A DNA stretch of 64,000 nucleotides, from contig JACIWQ010000001.1 in NCBI GenBank assembly GCA_014360895.1, forward strand, positions 16,287 through 80,286, read 5' to 3'. The stretch is from Thermoflexales bacterium (GTDB lineage: Bacteria > Chloroflexota > Anaerolineae > B4-G1 > DUEL01). The position numbers were made by a program, and so were the translations under genes. The number at the start of each line of letters is the position of its first letter. The first letter of the stretch is position 1. Positions 9,973 to 20,527 of this stretch are shown here, piece after piece. Below the pieces are notes generated by a model that had not been told where the DNA came from, made no database searches, and saw only the letters and a program-made list of their open reading frames with translations.

Positions 9973-11288
9973 CGGATGAATCCCTCATAGTGCCGCATCA
10001 GCAACTGGGCCTCCAGTTGCCGCATGGTATCCACCACGACGCCGACGACGATGAGCAGTCCCGCCGAGGTAATGAGCAGCACCCGGGTGTTCATCAGTAA
10101 CTGGACGATGAAGGGCAGAACGGCGACGCCCCCCAGGAACAGTGCCCCAAACAGAGTGATGCGCTTGTAGATGCCGTTGATGTAGTCCGCCGTCTGTTTG
10201 CCGGGGCGGATGCCCGGGATAAACCCGCCGTACTTCTGCAGGTTCTCCGGCAGGTTCTGCTGCTCCACCAGCACAAAGGTGTAGAAGTACGTGAACCCGA
10301 CGACGGCGGCGAAGTAGAGCACTGCGTAGAAGATGGTGGTGTACCACTCCACGGTGTGCCCGCTGAAGAAATTCATAATGTCCGTCGCCACCCGCGCCAC
10401 GTTCGCGTTGGACGAACCGGCGAAGAACTGGGCAATGACCGCCGGAAGGGTCAACAGGGACTGGGCGAAGATGAGCGGGATCATTCCGGCCATGTTGACC
10501 CGCAGCGGGATGTAGGTGCTGCCGCCGCCGTACATCCGTCGCCCGCGCACCCGCTTGCCGTACTGCACCGGGATGCGCCGCTCCCCTTCCTGAACGTAGA
10601 CGATCACAAAGATCACCAGCGCGGTGATGATGAAGAAGAAGAGCAGGCCCAGGAAGCCATCGCTGGTGTAAATCCGCGCCACGTTGGCCGGCGTCCGGGC
10701 CACAATGCCGCCGAAGATGATGAGCGAGATGCCGTTGCCGATGCCCTGCTCGGAGATCAACTCGCCCAGCCAGATGGCGAACATGGTGCCTGCCGTCATC
10801 GCCACCAGGACCGAGAGAGTCGGCAAGACGAACTCGGCCCGATGGAAGCCGAAGTTAGGCAGGACCGGGCGCGCGGCCGCGCTGTTGAATAATTGCGCCT
10901 GTCCCCAGGCCTGCAACATCCCCAGTGGAATGGTCAGGTAGTACGTCCACTGGTTCAGTTTCCGCCGTCCGGCTTCCCCTTCCTCCTCCGCCAGCCGCTT
11001 CAGCGCCGGGATGACCGGGACCAGCAACTGGATGATGATGGACGCGTTGATGTACGGATAGACCCCGTTGGCCAGCACCGAGTACTCCGCCACCGCGCCG
11101 CCGGAGAGCAGGTCCAGAATGTTGACCAGTTGGGCCGCCCCACCGGTCAGACTGCGCAGGGCCTCCCGGTCAATGCCCGGCACCGGCACGTGAGAGGCCG
11201 CGCGGAAGATGACCAGGATCAGCAGCGTGTAGAACAACCGCCGCCGCAGGTCAGGAAGCCTCAGGGCATCACGTACGGCCTGGATCAT
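9969..11288 (-). CDS. secY: Preprotein translocase subunit SecY
   Basis: 439 aa with 10 TM segments; canonical SecY sequence. Confidence 0.95.
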   Translation of the reverse strand: MIQAVRDALRLPDLRRRLFYTLLILVIFRAASHVPVPGIDREALRSLTGGAAQLVNILDLLSGGAVAEYSVLANGVYPYINASIIIQLLVPVIPALKRLAEEEGEAGRRKLNQWTYYLTIPLGMLQAWGQAQLFNSAAARPVLPNFGFHRAEFVLPTLSVLVAMTAGTMFAIWLGELISEQGIGNGISLIIFGGIVARTPANVARIYTSDGFLGLLFFFIITALVIFVIVYVQEGERRIPVQYGKRVRGRRMYGGGSTYIPLRVNMAGMIPLIFAQSLLTLPAVIAQFFAGSSNANVARVATDIMNFFSGHTVEWYTTIFYAVLYFAAVVGFTYFYTFVLVEQQNLPENLQKYGGFIPGIRPGKQTADYINGIYKRITLFGALFLGGVAVLPFIVQLLMNTRVLLITSAGLLIVVGVVVDTMRQLEAQLLMRHYEGFIR

Positions 11289-11297
11289 TGCGACTCC

Positions 11298-11543
11298 TTA
11301 TGCAGGTATTTCTTCTGGCACGCGCCGATGAATTGGCATCAGGGCTACATTCTCCAGGATCACCTGACGCATGACATCATCCCGTCCAAATCGCTTCAGG
11401 GCATCCAGAATCTCAATCCCTGCCAGACGTCCCTCGGCATCATAGTCGGCTGCGATCCCCTCCGCCAGATGCTGTGTGGTGACTGTTGTCTCCAGGAACC
11501 GAATATACAACGCGTCCACTTCCGGATCATATGTTACTCTCAT
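11298..11543 (-). CDS. DUF2283 small protein (TA-like pair partner)
   Basis: MRVTYDPEVDALYIRF... typical DUF2283 N-terminus. Lower GC. Confidence 0.65.
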   Translation of the reverse strand: MRVTYDPEVDALYIRFLETTVTTQHLAEGIAADYDAEGRLAGIEILDALKRFGRDDVMRQVILENVALMPIHRRVPEEIPA

Positions 11544-11551
11544 AATGCCCC

Positions 11552-11806
11552 CTAAAAATAGTACGCGTACACCGTCACCACGACGATTTCATCAGCCTCT
11601 TCGGCAAAGATGGGTCGCACCTGTTTGGTGGCATAAAATTTGCCGTTCCATTCTTGCCCGAAGGGAAAGTTCTTGCGACACTCCAGCCGTCCTCGCTCTG
11701 CGGGACACCACGAGGCAGTGCGAATCGCCTCTACAACTTCTTCCTCGGTAACTCCCCGATACCGCAACTGCTCTTGGGCGTGCCCGGAAAGACGGATGGG
11801 TTTCAT
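11552..11806 (-). CDS. DUF4258 small protein (TA-like pair partner)
   Basis: MKPIRLSGHAQEQLRYRGVTEEEVVEAI... typical DUF4258. Starts 3 nt after the rplO stop. Confidence 0.65.
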   Translation of the reverse strand: MKPIRLSGHAQEQLRYRGVTEEEVVEAIRTASWCPAERGRLECRKNFPFGQEWNGKFYATKQVRPIFAEEADEIVVVTVYAYYF

Positions 11807-11809
11807 TGC

Positions 11810-12289
11810 CTATCGCGTCCGGTAGCCGCCCCGCTCCCAGGGCAACTCCTCCACGGTGCCGCCCGCGGCCTCAATCTTGGCCCGCGCGCTGGCGGAGAAG
11901 CGGTGGGCCTTCACCGTCAGCGGGACCTTCAACTCCCCGCGCCCCAGGATGACCACCCACTCGTCGGCATCCCGGATCAGGCCGGCATCCGCCAGTTCCT
12001 GCGGAGTGACCACGCTCCCCGGCGCGAACCGGGCCAACCGGTCCACGTTGACCGGCGTGAAGCGGACCCGCCAGGGATCCCGAAAGCCGACGCCCCGCGC
12101 GAAGGGCAGTTTACGGACCAGCGGCAATTGCCCGCCCTCAAAGTACGGTGGGATGCTCCCCCCGCTGCGGGCCTTCTGCCCCTTCGTCCCGCGCCCGCCG
12201 GTCTTGCCCTGACCGGCCGCGATGCCGATCCCCTTTCGCTTGTGGCGCTTCTTAGACCCCTCAGCCGGTTGCAAATCGTGCAGTTTCAT
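11810..12289 (-). CDS. rplO: 50S ribosomal protein L15
   Basis: Gly/Lys-rich N-terminus ([13 protein letters not shown]); L15 family. Confidence 0.95.
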   Translation of the reverse strand: MKLHDLQPAEGSKKRHKRKGIGIAAGQGKTGGRGTKGQKARSGGSIPPYFEGGQLPLVRKLPFARGVGFRDPWRVRFTPVNVDRLARFAPGSVVTPQELADAGLIRDADEWVVILGRGELKVPLTVKAHRFSASARAKIEAAGGTVEELPWERGGYRTR

Positions 12290-12480
12290 CCCTCAACCTC
12301 TTCCACCTTCAACATGTGCTGGACCTTGGCCACCATCCCCCGGATGGCCGGCGTATCGGCCTTCTCCACCGTCTGATGGAGCCGCCGCAGGCCCAGCGCC
12401 CGGACCGTCGCCTTCTGGTCCCTGGAATACCCGATTGGGCTGCGAACCAGGGTGATACGGAGAACTTTCCGCTTTTCCAT
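12286..12480 (-). CDS. rpmD: 50S ribosomal protein L30
   Basis: [18 protein letters not shown]...TPAIRGMV. Start placed at the ATG with a GAGGGAG RBS rather than the upstream GTG. Confidence 0.9.
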   Translation of the reverse strand: MEKRKVLRITLVRSPIGYSRDQKATVRALGLRRLHQTVEKADTPAIRGMVAKVQHMLKVEEVEG

Positions 12481-12548
12481 TGCCTGCTCCCTCGCCACCA
12501 GTCTATCCGTTTACCGGTCTACCAGTTTACCAAATTCCCAGATACCCC

Positions 12549-13085
12549 TTACCGCCCGCGCATCCAGAACGGCATGACCCGGGTCTCCGGCAGGCCCCGC
12601 TCGCGCGCCAGGTCCTCGTAGGAGCGCAGTTGCTTCAGGGCCTCCATGGTGGCCTTCACCACGTTGAGCATGCTGGAACTGCCCATGGATTTGGTCAGCA
12701 CGTCGTGGATGCCAGCCGCCTCCAGAACGGCGCGCACGCCGCCGCCCGCGATGACGCCGGTACCCGGCGAAGCGGGCTTAATCAGCACCCGGGCACCACT
12801 GCACTCGCCAATTGCATCGTGCGGGATGGTCCGCCCCACCAGTGGGACGGTGATCATAGAGGCCCGCGCCCGCTCCGTGGCCTTGCGGATGGCGTCCGGG
12901 ACGGCGCGCGCTTTGCCCACGCCGATGCCGACGCGGCCGTTGTGGTCGCCGACGACAGCTGTCACCCGAAAGGCGAACCGGCGCCCGCCCTTGATGACTT
13001 TGGCGACCCGCTTGATCTCCACGACCCGCTCGTCCAATTCTACTGGCGCCGTGGGCTCCAGTTCAAATTCCTGATCCAGGTCCAT
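12549..13085 (-). CDS. rpsE: 30S ribosomal protein S5
   Basis: Canonical S5 ([20 protein letters not shown]). Confidence 0.95.
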   Translation of the reverse strand: MDLDQEFELEPTAPVELDERVVEIKRVAKVIKGGRRFAFRVTAVVGDHNGRVGIGVGKARAVPDAIRKATERARASMITVPLVGRTIPHDAIGECSGARVLIKPASPGTGVIAGGGVRAVLEAAGIHDVLTKSMGSSSMLNVVKATMEALKQLRSYEDLARERGLPETRVMPFWMRGR

Positions 13086-13118
13086 TCGCTCCTCCGTAGT
13101 CCGTGCTCCGTACTCCGT

Positions 13119-13487
13119 TTAGAAGTCCAAACCACCTTCGCGGGCGGCGTCGGCCAGGGCCTTCACCCGACCGTGGTACTTGTATCCCGCCCGGTCAAAG
13201 GCCACCTTGGTCACTCCCCGGGCCAGGGCGCGGGCCGCCAGAACCTTCCCCACCACCCGGGCCTGCTCCGTCTTCTTCAGCCCGGCAATCTGTTCGCGGA
13301 CTTCCGGGTCCAGGGTGGAAGCGGAGACCAGCGTATGCCCCACCGTATCGTCAATCACCTGGGCGTAGATATGCCGCAGGCTGCGAAAGACGTTCAGGCG
13401 CGGACGCTCGGGCGTACCGAACACCTTCTTGCGCACATGCTTGCGTCGGCGCAGTCGTCCTAACCGGCGATCTTTTTCTGCCATCAT
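13119..13487 (-). CDS. rplR: 50S ribosomal protein L18
   Basis: L18 family sequence. Confidence 0.95.
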   Translation of the reverse strand: MMAEKDRRLGRLRRRKHVRKKVFGTPERPRLNVFRSLRHIYAQVIDDTVGHTLVSASTLDPEVREQIAGLKKTEQARVVGKVLAARALARGVTKVAFDRAGYKYHGRVKALADAAREGGLDF

Positions 13488-13502
13488 CCTCGCTCCCGAA
13501 TC

Positions 13503-14072
13503 CTACTTCTTCCCCTTGCCCTTCCCCTTGCCTTTACCGGCCTTGCCGGCCTTCTGGCGAATCTGTTCGCCCAGGTAGCGGAGACCTTTCCCCAGGTACG
13601 GGTCGGCCGGGCGCCAGGCGCGGATTTCGGCGGCAATCCGTCCCACCGTCTCCTTATCCGCCCCCCGAACGGTGATGATGCCCGCTTTGGGGTCCACGTC
13701 AAAGGTAATACCCTCCGGCGGACGGACGCGGACCGGGTGGGAAAATCCCAGGTGCATCACCAGTGTCCCGTCGGGTTGGCGCTCGGCGCGGTACCCGACG
13801 CCGCGAATCTCCAGTTGCTTCTGGAATCCCTGGGAGACTCCTTCCACCATATTTGCCAGCAGGGCACGGGTCAGCCCGTGCAGCGCCCGGTGGTGCCGGG
13901 CGTCGGTGGGCCGGTAGACCCGCAGGGTGTTATCCTCTTTCACAATTTGCATCGCCGGGTCAAAGGTCCGCGTGAGAGTTCCCTTTGGGCCGCTCACGGT
14001 GACCTGGCTGCCCTGAATTTCCACCTTCACCCCGGGGGGCAAAGGAATCGGCATCCGACCAATTCGCGACAT
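13503..14072 (-). CDS. rplF: 50S ribosomal protein L6, with a KGKGKGKGKK C-terminal tail
   Basis: Start at MSRIGRMPI with an AGGAGG RBS. The ORF track's upstream extension overlaps rpsH. Confidence 0.93.
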   Translation of the reverse strand: MSRIGRMPIPLPPGVKVEIQGSQVTVSGPKGTLTRTFDPAMQIVKEDNTLRVYRPTDARHHRALHGLTRALLANMVEGVSQGFQKQLEIRGVGYRAERQPDGTLVMHLGFSHPVRVRPPEGITFDVDPKAGIITVRGADKETVGRIAAEIRAWRPADPYLGKGLRYLGEQIRQKAGKAGKGKGKGKGKK

Positions 14073-14082
14073 CCCGTCCTCC

Positions 14083-14496
14083 CTACCACACGTAGCAGAT
14101 GACCTCGCCGCCGACCCGCAGCCGTCGGGCCTGCTCACCCGTGAGGATGCCCTTCGGAGTGGAGAGGATGGCAATCCCCATCCCGCTCTTCACCCAGGGA
14201 ATTTCGGACGCGCGGGTGTAAATCCGGCGGCCCGGCTTGCTGACCCGTTGCAGTCCCTGGATGACGGACCGGCGCTTCCGCCGTTCCCCGACGTACTTCA
14301 GGCGAATCACCAGGCGGTAGCGAGGCTGCTCCGGCGACTCCACCACCCGGTAGTCCTCAATATACCCCTCTTCCTTCAGGATGCGGGCAATGGCGACTTT
14401 CATTTTAGAAGAGGGCATCTCCACGGTGGGATGCCCCACCGCAATCGCATTGCGCATGCGGGTCAACATATCGGCAATCGGATCTGTTACCGTCAT
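14083..14496 (-). CDS. rpsH: 30S ribosomal protein S8
   Basis: Canonical S8 ([13 protein letters not shown]). Confidence 0.95.
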   Translation of the reverse strand: MTVTDPIADMLTRMRNAIAVGHPTVEMPSSKMKVAIARILKEEGYIEDYRVVESPEQPRYRLVIRLKYVGERRKRRSVIQGLQRVSKPGRRIYTRASEIPWVKSGMGIAILSTPKGILTGEQARRLRVGGEVICYVW

Positions 14497-14509
14497 CGGT
14501 CCGTCACCC

Positions 14510-14692
14510 TCACCAACTGGACTTGGTCAGTCCGGGAATGAGCCCTTCCAGGGCCAACTCCCGCAGGCAGATACGGCAGAGGCCGAAGCGGCGATAATAG
14601 CCGCGCGGGCGGCCGCACCGCTGGCAGCGGTTCCGCACCTGCACCTTATACTTCCGTCGCATTTCCCGATAGGGCATGCATTTTCTGGTCAT
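14510..14692 (-). CDS. rpsN: 30S ribosomal protein S14 type Z (zinc-binding)
   Basis: 60 aa with CQRCGR...CRIC. Confidence 0.93.
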   Translation of the reverse strand: MTRKCMPYREMRRKYKVQVRNRCQRCGRPRGYYRRFGLCRICLRELALEGLIPGLTKSSW

Positions 14693-14784
14693 ACCTGTAT
14701 CTGCTCCACCAGAGATGGTAATCGGAACTGAGAACTTACTGCTTATCCAAACTGCTCGTCAAACTCGGTCAGAATCCGCCGAAT

Positions 14785-14982
14785 TTACTCTTCGGAAACC
14801 GGGAATGTCTGCCCCGCTAATGCTTCCTGCCAACCCTGGCGAAAACTTGCCACAACAGGCTTCAGGGTGACACTTTCCCGAAACAGGCGAATCAGTTGAA
14901 GCAAATTCGGCCAGTACTCTCGGGGCGTCTCCCGAATCTCCTGAACAATTTGTTCTTCGGAAGTCAGAACGTAAACACTCAT
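14785..14982 (-). CDS. Small hypothetical protein (65 aa) inserted between rplE and rpsN
   Basis: Lower-GC ORF with no recognisable family. It occupies a spacer that is normally only a few nt long. Confidence 0.4.
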   Translation of the reverse strand: MSVYVLTSEEQIVQEIRETPREYWPNLLQLIRLFRESVTLKPVVASFRQGWQEALAGQTFPVSEE

Positions 14983-14996
14983 CGGCCTGTTTCTCG

Positions 14997-15545
14997 CTAC
15001 CGTCGGAACGGCATCCCCAGCAGTTCCAGCAGCCGCCGGGCCTCTTCGTCCGTCTTCGCGGTGGTGACAATGGTGATTTCCATGCCGCGAATTTTGTCAA
15101 TCTTGTCGTAGTTGATCTCCGGGAAAATCAACTGCTCCCGCAGCCCCAGCGTGTAGTTCCCCCGTCCGTCAAACGCAGAAGGAGAGACGCCCCGGAAGTC
15201 CCGCAGCCGGGGGAGCGCCACGTTGCAGAGCCGGTCCAGGAACGCCCACATCCGCTCGCCCCGTAGTGTCACCTTCACGCCGATAGCACGGCCAGCCCGC
15301 AACTTGAAACTGGCGACGGACTTGCGCGCTTTGGTGATGACGGGCCGCTGACCGGTGATGGTCGCCAGGTCCTGGACGGCGAAATCCAGCGACTTCGGAT
15401 TATCCAGCGCCTCCCCCATGCCGATGTTGATGACGATTTTCTGCAACCGAGGGACTTCCATGATATTGCGATAGCCAAATTCCCGCATGAGGGTCGGCCG
15501 AATCTGTTCCCGATACAAAGCTTGCAACCGCTGCATTGGACTCAC
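14997..15545 (-). CDS. rplE: 50S ribosomal protein L5
   Basis: Canonical L5. Confidence 0.95.
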   Translation of the reverse strand: MSPMQRLQALYREQIRPTLMREFGYRNIMEVPRLQKIVINIGMGEALDNPKSLDFAVQDLATITGQRPVITKARKSVASFKLRAGRAIGVKVTLRGERMWAFLDRLCNVALPRLRDFRGVSPSAFDGRGNYTLGLREQLIFPEINYDKIDKIRGMEITIVTTAKTDEEARRLLELLGMPFRR

Positions 15546-15551
15546 CCTTTA

Positions 15552-15609
15552 CAAGATGCAAGATGGCAAGATGCAAGATGGCAAGATGCAAGATGGCAAG
15601 ATGCAAGAG
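15552..15609. repeat. Tandem array (CAAGATGCAAGATGG, 15-bp unit = 7+8) x ~3.5 in the rplX-rplE spacer
   Basis: caagatg caagatgg repeated. Generates spurious ORFs in all frames (HLAILHLAIL, DARWQDARWQ, MARCKMARCK). Confidence 0.9.
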
Positions 15610-15933
15610 TCAGAAGGACTGGCCGCACCGCTTGCAGATGCGCACTTTGCGCCCGTCCTCCTGGCGCTCAAAGCCCACCCGCGTGGCCTCTTTGCAATGC
15701 GGGCAGACCGGCATCACGTTGGAAAGATGGATCGGCGCCTCAAACTGGATGATGCCCGGCTGAATCTGTCCCCGGCCGGCGCGCATCGGGCGCTGATGCT
15801 TCTTGACCAGATTCACCCCCGAGACCACCACCCGGTTCTCCTTCGGAAGCACCTGCCGGACCTCGCCGCGCTTCCCCCGGTCATCCCCGGCGATGACCTC
15901 CACCGTGTCTCCCTTCTTAACCCGAATGCCCAT
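15610..15933 (-). CDS. rplX: 50S ribosomal protein L24 with C-terminal Zn ribbon
   Basis: KOW domain plus CPHCKEATRV...CKRCGQSF, as in the Thermus-type L24. Confidence 0.93.
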   Translation of the reverse strand: MGIRVKKGDTVEVIAGDDRGKRGEVRQVLPKENRVVVSGVNLVKKHQRPMRAGRGQIQPGIIQFEAPIHLSNVMPVCPHCKEATRVGFERQEDGRKVRICKRCGQSF

Positions 15934-15991
15934 TCTTCACCTCACGAACTACGAAATACGGAGTACGGAGTGTTGCGTATTCCGTATTCCG

Positions 15992-16363
15992 TTAGAGCAC
16001 CTCTGGTGCCAGCGAAATGATTTTCATAAAGCCCTTATCCCGCAACTCCCGGGCGACGGGCCCGAAGATGCGGGTGCCGCGCGGGTTGACGCCCGTCGCG
16101 TCCAGCAGCACCGCGGCGTTGTCATCAAAGCGGATGGTGGAGCCGTCGGGGCGCCGGTACTCTTTGGCCGTGCGGACGATGACCGCTTTAACCACGTCCC
16201 CCTTCTTCACCGACGCGTTGGGTGTGGCCTGCTTGACCGTCGCCACGATGACGTCTCCGACGTACCCGTACCGCCGCTTGGAGCCGCCCATCACCCGAAT
16301 GCACAACAGTTCTTTCGCCCCGGTGTTATCCGCTACGGTCAAACGGGTCTCCTGCTGGATCAT
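15992..16363 (-). CDS. rplN: 50S ribosomal protein L14
   Basis: [18 protein letters not shown] canonical L14. Confidence 0.95.
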   Translation of the reverse strand: MIQQETRLTVADNTGAKELLCIRVMGGSKRRYGYVGDVIVATVKQATPNASVKKGDVVKAVIVRTAKEYRRPDGSTIRFDDNAAVLLDATGVNPRGTRIFGPVARELRDKGFMKIISLAPEVL

Positions 16364-16632
16364 GCCGCCACCTCCTCAGGGCGTTCGGCCCGTTCCAGAA
16401 TCTCTTCCACCACCCACCGCTTCAGCCGGCTGAGCGGTCGGGACTCCACAATCCGTACCAGGTCGCCGGTGCGGCAGGAGTTCTCCTCATCGTGGGCGTA
16501 GTACTTTTTCCGCACCCGCACCACCTTGCCGTAGAGCGGGTGGCGACGGGTCCGCTCCACCTGCACCACCACCGTCTTCTGCATCTTATCGCTGACAACC
16601 CGCCCGACCAGACGCTTGCGCCGTTCTCTCAT
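16360..16632 (-). CDS. rpsQ: 30S ribosomal protein S17
   Basis: Canonical S17. Confidence 0.95.
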   Translation of the reverse strand: MRERRKRLVGRVVSDKMQKTVVVQVERTRRHPLYGKVVRVRKKYYAHDEENSCRTGDLVRIVESRPLSRLKRWVVEEILERAERPEEVAA

Positions 16633-16844
16633 CGCGTCGCCTCCTGCATCATCCGGGCCAACTCCCGCTCCCGCAGGATGGTCTTGATGCGGGCAATGTC
16701 CCGCTTGGTGGCGGTGATGCGGTTATTATCCTGCAGACGATTCATAAACCAGTCCTGCCGCAGGACGAACAGTTCCCGATAGGCGTCTTCCAATCGGGCT
16801 CGCAGTTCGGCATCTGTCAACAACCGGAGTTCTCTAGCTCGCAT
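16629..16844 (-). CDS. rpmC: 50S ribosomal protein L29
   Basis: [20 protein letters not shown]... The ORF track's 166-aa version is a 5' extension overlapping rplP. Confidence 0.9.
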   Translation of the reverse strand: MRARELRLLTDAELRARLEDAYRELFVLRQDWFMNRLQDNNRITATKRDIARIKTILRERELARMMQEATR

Positions 16845-16845
16845 G

Positions 16846-17268
16846 CTACTCTCCCACCAACTTTTCTCGGGTGACAAACTGGCACTTGATGGGCAGTTTG
16901 TTGGCCGCCAGCCGCATGGCCTCCCGGGCCTGCTCTTCGGGCAGACCGGCCAGTTCAAAGAGGATACGGCCCGGCCGAACGACCGCCACCCAGTGGTCCA
17001 CGGCGCCCTTGCCCTTGCCCATGCGGGTCTCAGCGGGCTTGGCCGTGACCGGCTTATCCGGGAAAATCCGAATCCAGTACTTCCCGCGCCGACGGACAAA
17101 GCGAACGATGGCCCGCCGCGCGGCCTCAATCTGACGGCCGGTGATCCATGCCGGCTCCAAGGCCTGCAGGCCGTACTCGCCGAAAGCGACCTCGGTGCCC
17201 CGGCTCTCGCGGCCCTTCATCCGTCCGCGCATCTGCTTGCGATATTTCACCCGTTTCGGCATCAACAT
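16846..17268 (-). CDS. rplP: 50S ribosomal protein L16
   Basis: Canonical L16. Confidence 0.95.
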   Translation of the reverse strand: MLMPKRVKYRKQMRGRMKGRESRGTEVAFGEYGLQALEPAWITGRQIEAARRAIVRFVRRRGKYWIRIFPDKPVTAKPAETRMGKGKGAVDHWVAVVRPGRILFELAGLPEEQAREAMRLAANKLPIKCQFVTREKLVGE

Positions 17269-17292
17269 CGGCTCTTCTCTCCTGCTAAATCA

Positions 17293-17559
17293 TTAAAGCG
17301 CCCGATAGACTTCTCTGCAATGACGAATATACATCACCGTAATCCGCCGCGCCTGCGTATCCACCTCGTATACAATGCGATAATCACCCACGCGAAGCCT
17401 GTACAACTGCTGTGAACCCTCCAACTTCTCCACACCTTGAGGAAAAGGGGTCTCTCCCAATTCCTCAATGCGCCTCCACACACGCTCAACGACCGACTTG
17501 GGCAAACGACGAAAATCTTTATGAACAGACGGCTTGAATTCGACGCTATAAGAGCTCAT
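17293..17559 (-). CDS. RelE/ParE-family toxin
   Basis: 88 aa ending ...QARRITVMYIRHCREVYRAL. Overlaps the upstream antitoxin gene by 14 nt. Lower GC. Confidence 0.75.
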   Translation of the reverse strand: MSSYSVEFKPSVHKDFRRLPKSVVERVWRRIEELGETPFPQGVEKLEGSQQLYRLRVGDYRIVYEVDTQARRITVMYIRHCREVYRAL

Positions 17560-17737
17560 CTTCTTTTAGCCGCCGTTTCATCTCCTCCAAACTGATCGGT
17601 TCCTCGTCCCGACGCTCCGCGATGACAGCCAAATCATGCAAATCTTCCAGCAGACGGCGATAACGTTTCAGGGAAAGAATCACGCCGATCTTTTTACCTC
17701 TCTCGTTGACCACATATCGCTCTCGCACAGTTTCCAT
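17546..17737 (-). CDS. Phd/YefM-like antitoxin
   Basis: 63 aa small acidic protein immediately upstream of the RelE/ParE gene. Confidence 0.6.
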   Translation of the reverse strand: METVRERYVVNERGKKIGVILSLKRYRRLLEDLHDLAVIAERRDEEPISLEEMKRRLKEDELL

Positions 17738-17875
17738 AAGACCCCTCTATCCAACGACTATCGTCCTGCCAGGTTATATTTCAGCCTTTCTCAAAACCCG
17801 TCAACCGTTTGCCGAGGCGCCGGGAATTCTCCCCATGGTCAGCCGGCTTCCGGCGAGATTGACAACCAGAAGAAG

Positions 17876-17907
17876 AATCCGCGTATCTCCGCGTTTATCT
17901 GCGCCCC
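17876..17907. repeat. gaatccgcgtatctccgcgtttatctgcgccc, a TCCGCGT-type repeat element
   Basis: Shares the 12-mer tccgcgtttatc with 46766-46799. Related to the reverse complement of 8142-8168. Confidence 0.7.
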
Positions 17908-17928
17908 CGGCCGTTTTCCGCCCAGGCT

Positions 17929-18609
17929 CTACACCACAAACGGCTGCGGTTGCTCCTCCACGACCTCGGGTTTCGCCTCCGGAGAGAGGACATCCCCCTT
18001 ATAAATCCAGACTTTTACGCCGATGCGGCCGTAGGTGGTGTAGGCCTCCGCGCGGGCGAAGTCAATATCGGCGCGCAGGGTCTGGCGGGGCACTCGGCCC
18101 TCCCGCATCGCGACCGGGCGGGCCATTTCGGCGCCGCCGATGCGCCCCTTGCAGACAATCCAGACCCCCTGGGCCCCGGCCCGCATGGCCTGCTGGATGG
18201 CCCGCTTCATCGCCCGGCCGTGGGAAATGCGGCGCTCCAGTTGGGCCACGATGTTCTGAGCCACCAGACGGGCGTCCAGTTCCGGTTGCTCCACCTCCCG
18301 CACGTCCACGTGCACCCGCTTGCCGGTCATCTCCTCCAGTTCCTGCCGGAGCACCTTCACCGCACCGCCCTTCCGCCCAATCACAATGCCCGGACGCGCG
18401 GTCCAGATGGTTACCTGCACCTGGTTCGGGAAACGCTCAATCTCAATTCGGGAGACCCCTGCCGGAGCCAGTTCCCGCTCTATGTACTCCCGAATGCGCA
18501 GGTCCTCCTGCAGCAGGTCCCGATAGGCCTTGCCGTCGGCGTACCAGCGGGCCTTCCAATCCCGCAGAATCTTCAACCGAAAGCCGTAGGGATGTACCTT
18601 TCGTCCCAA
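17929..18609 (-). CDS. rpsC: 30S ribosomal protein S3
   Basis: Canonical S3, with KH domain. Confidence 0.95.
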   Translation of the reverse strand: MGRKVHPYGFRLKILRDWKARWYADGKAYRDLLQEDLRIREYIERELAPAGVSRIEIERFPNQVQVTIWTARPGIVIGRKGGAVKVLRQELEEMTGKRVHVDVREVEQPELDARLVAQNIVAQLERRISHGRAMKRAIQQAMRAGAQGVWIVCKGRIGGAEMARPVAMREGRVPRQTLRADIDFARAEAYTTYGRIGVKVWIYKGDVLSPEAKPEVVEEQPQPFVV

Positions 18610-18677
18610 AATGTCCCTCCGTTGATGATTTGAACCACCAAGACACGAAGGTGGATCATTGGTGTCTTCGTGGTAAA

Positions 18678-19034
18678 CTATTCCTCCTCAAACTCATCCA
18701 GGACAACGGTGATGTGGGACGAGCGGCGGCGGATGGGACGATACCGTCCCCGGGCGGCGAAGCGCGGCCGCACCCCCTTGCCCGGCGCTACCCCCGGCCC
18801 CTCGTCGGCCACAATATAGGCGATGTACAGGTTGTCCCGGGAGAGGCCGATGTTCTCCTCCGCGTTGGCAACGGCGGAGCGGATGAGTTTCTCCACCGGG
18901 CGCGCGGCGGCGTGCGGCATCAGGCGCAACACCTCCAGCGCCCCCACCACGTCCATACCTCGCACCTGGTCAATCACCCGGCGCACCTTTCGCGCCGACA
19001 TCGGTATGTGCTTCGCCTGTGCGCGGACCTCCAT
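18678..19034 (-). CDS. rplV: 50S ribosomal protein L22
   Basis: Canonical L22. Confidence 0.95.
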   Translation of the reverse strand: MEVRAQAKHIPMSARKVRRVIDQVRGMDVVGALEVLRLMPHAAARPVEKLIRSAVANAEENIGLSRDNLYIAYIVADEGPGVAPGKGVRPRFAARGRYRPIRRRSSHITVVLDEFEEE

Positions 19035-19061
19035 GATTCGTACTCCGTATGCCGTATTCCG

Positions 19062-19355
19062 TTACTTCTTTTTCTTCCGAACTTCGCCCTTCTTCTCTTT
19101 GGTGATATGCCCCCGGTAGGTCCGGGTCGGAGCGAACTCCCCCAGTTTGTGACCGACCATATTCTCGGTGATATAGATGGGCACGTGCCGCCGCCCGTCG
19201 TGGACAGCGATGGTATGGCCCACCATTTGCGGGAAGATGGTGGAAGCCCGGGACCAGGTGCGGATCACCCGTTTCTCCCCCGCCCGATTCAGTTCTTCAA
19301 TTTTCCGCAGCAACTTCGGGTCTACATACGGGCCTTTTTTCAGCGAGCGTCCCAT
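19062..19355 (-). CDS. rpsS: 30S ribosomal protein S19
   Basis: Canonical S19. Confidence 0.95.
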   Translation of the reverse strand: MGRSLKKGPYVDPKLLRKIEELNRAGEKRVIRTWSRASTIFPQMVGHTIAVHDGRRHVPIYITENMVGHKLGEFAPTRTYRGHITKEKKGEVRKKKK

Positions 19356-19382
19356 ATTCGCTACTCCGTACCGCGTATTCCG

Positions 19383-20219
19383 TTATTGCCGGCGCTTGCC
19401 CCGGCGGCGGATGATGTACTTATCCGTCGTCTTATTACGACGGGTCTTCTTGCCCAGGGTCGGCTTGCCCCACGGCGTCTTCGGGCCGGGCATGCCGATG
19501 GGCGAACGCCCTTCGCCACCGCCGTGCGGGTGGTCACGCGGACTCATGGCCGAACCGCGCACATGCGGACGCCGTCCCAACCAACGCTTGCGGCCCGCCT
19601 TGCCCAACTTGATGTTGGCGTGCTCCTCGTTCCCCACCTGCCCGACCGTCGCCATACACTCTTTGCGGATCAGCCGCATCTCGCCGCTGGGCAGTCGGAC
19701 CGTCACGTAGTCCCCTTCCTTCGCCAGCACCTGGGCCGCGCAGCCCGCCGACCGGACCAACTGTCCGCCCCGGCCGGGATACAACTCAATGTTGTGGACC
19801 GTCGTCCCCAACGGGATCCGCTCCAGCGGCAGCGCGTTCCCCACCCGGACCTCGGCGTTCGGGCCGCTCATCACCGTATCTCCGACCTTCAGGCCCAGCG
19901 GAGCCAAGATGTACCGCTTCTCGCCGTCCGCATAGACCAGCAGGGCGATGCGCGCCGACCGGTTCGGGTCGTACTCTATGGAGGCCACGCGGGCCGGGAT
20001 ACCGTGTTTATCCCGCTTGAAGTCAATCAGACGGTACAATCGCTTGTGGCCGCCGCCCCGGTGGCGGATGGTGATCCGCCCCTGGACGTTGCGCCCGCCC
20101 TTTTTCCGCAAGGGAACCACCAGGCTCCGCTCCGGCTCCGTCTTCGTGATTTCCTCAAACAGTGAGCCGGTCATCCCCCGGCGTCCGGGCGATGTCGGCT
20201 TATAGACCTTGATCCCCAC
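19383..20219 (-). CDS. rplB: 50S ribosomal protein L2
   Basis: Canonical L2. Confidence 0.95.
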   Translation of the reverse strand: MGIKVYKPTSPGRRGMTGSLFEEITKTEPERSLVVPLRKKGGRNVQGRITIRHRGGGHKRLYRLIDFKRDKHGIPARVASIEYDPNRSARIALLVYADGEKRYILAPLGLKVGDTVMSGPNAEVRVGNALPLERIPLGTTVHNIELYPGRGGQLVRSAGCAAQVLAKEGDYVTVRLPSGEMRLIRKECMATVGQVGNEEHANIKLGKAGRKRWLGRRPHVRGSAMSPRDHPHGGGEGRSPIGMPGPKTPWGKPTLGKKTRRNKTTDKYIIRRRGKRRQ

Positions 20220-20220
20220 C

Positions 20221-20523
20221 TTAGCCCTCCAGCACTTCCAGTTCCGGGATTCGTTCTCCCTCGGCGAGGGTGACCACCGCCTTCTTCCAGGCCGGAATCC
20301 GCACCACCCGACGGCGTCCCCACCGACGGACGGCCTTGGCCGGCATGTTGGCGATGTTCACCGCCTCCACGTGGACCCGATAAATCGTCTCCACCGCCTG
20401 CTTGACCAGGGCCTTGTTCGCCCGCCGGTCCACCTCAAAGGTGTACTGCCGTCGGCGGAGCGAGGTGGCCCTCTGGGTCTTCTCCGTTAAAACCGGTCGT
20501 TTGATGACCTCGTAGATGTGCAT
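20221..20523 (-). CDS. rplW: 50S ribosomal protein L23
   Basis: Canonical L23. Confidence 0.95.
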   Translation of the reverse strand: MHIYEVIKRPVLTEKTQRATSLRRRQYTFEVDRRANKALVKQAVETIYRVHVEAVNIANMPAKAVRRWGRRRVVRIPAWKKAVVTLAEGERIPELEVLEG

Positions 20524-20527
20524 GGCC

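Noticed and set aside
15400-16020. ORFs reading through the tandem arrays (MHLAILHLAIL..., DARWQDARWQ..., MARCKMARCK...; also 3321..3611 SRITYHASRITYH)
   Set aside because: They are translations of 7-15 bp tandem repeats in r-protein spacers. They overlap rplE/rplX on both strands and have no coding signal.
16629-17129. 166-aa ORF overlapping rplP
   Set aside because: Only the last 71 codons (from MRARELRLL) are L29. The upstream part is an out-of-frame read through the rplP coding region.
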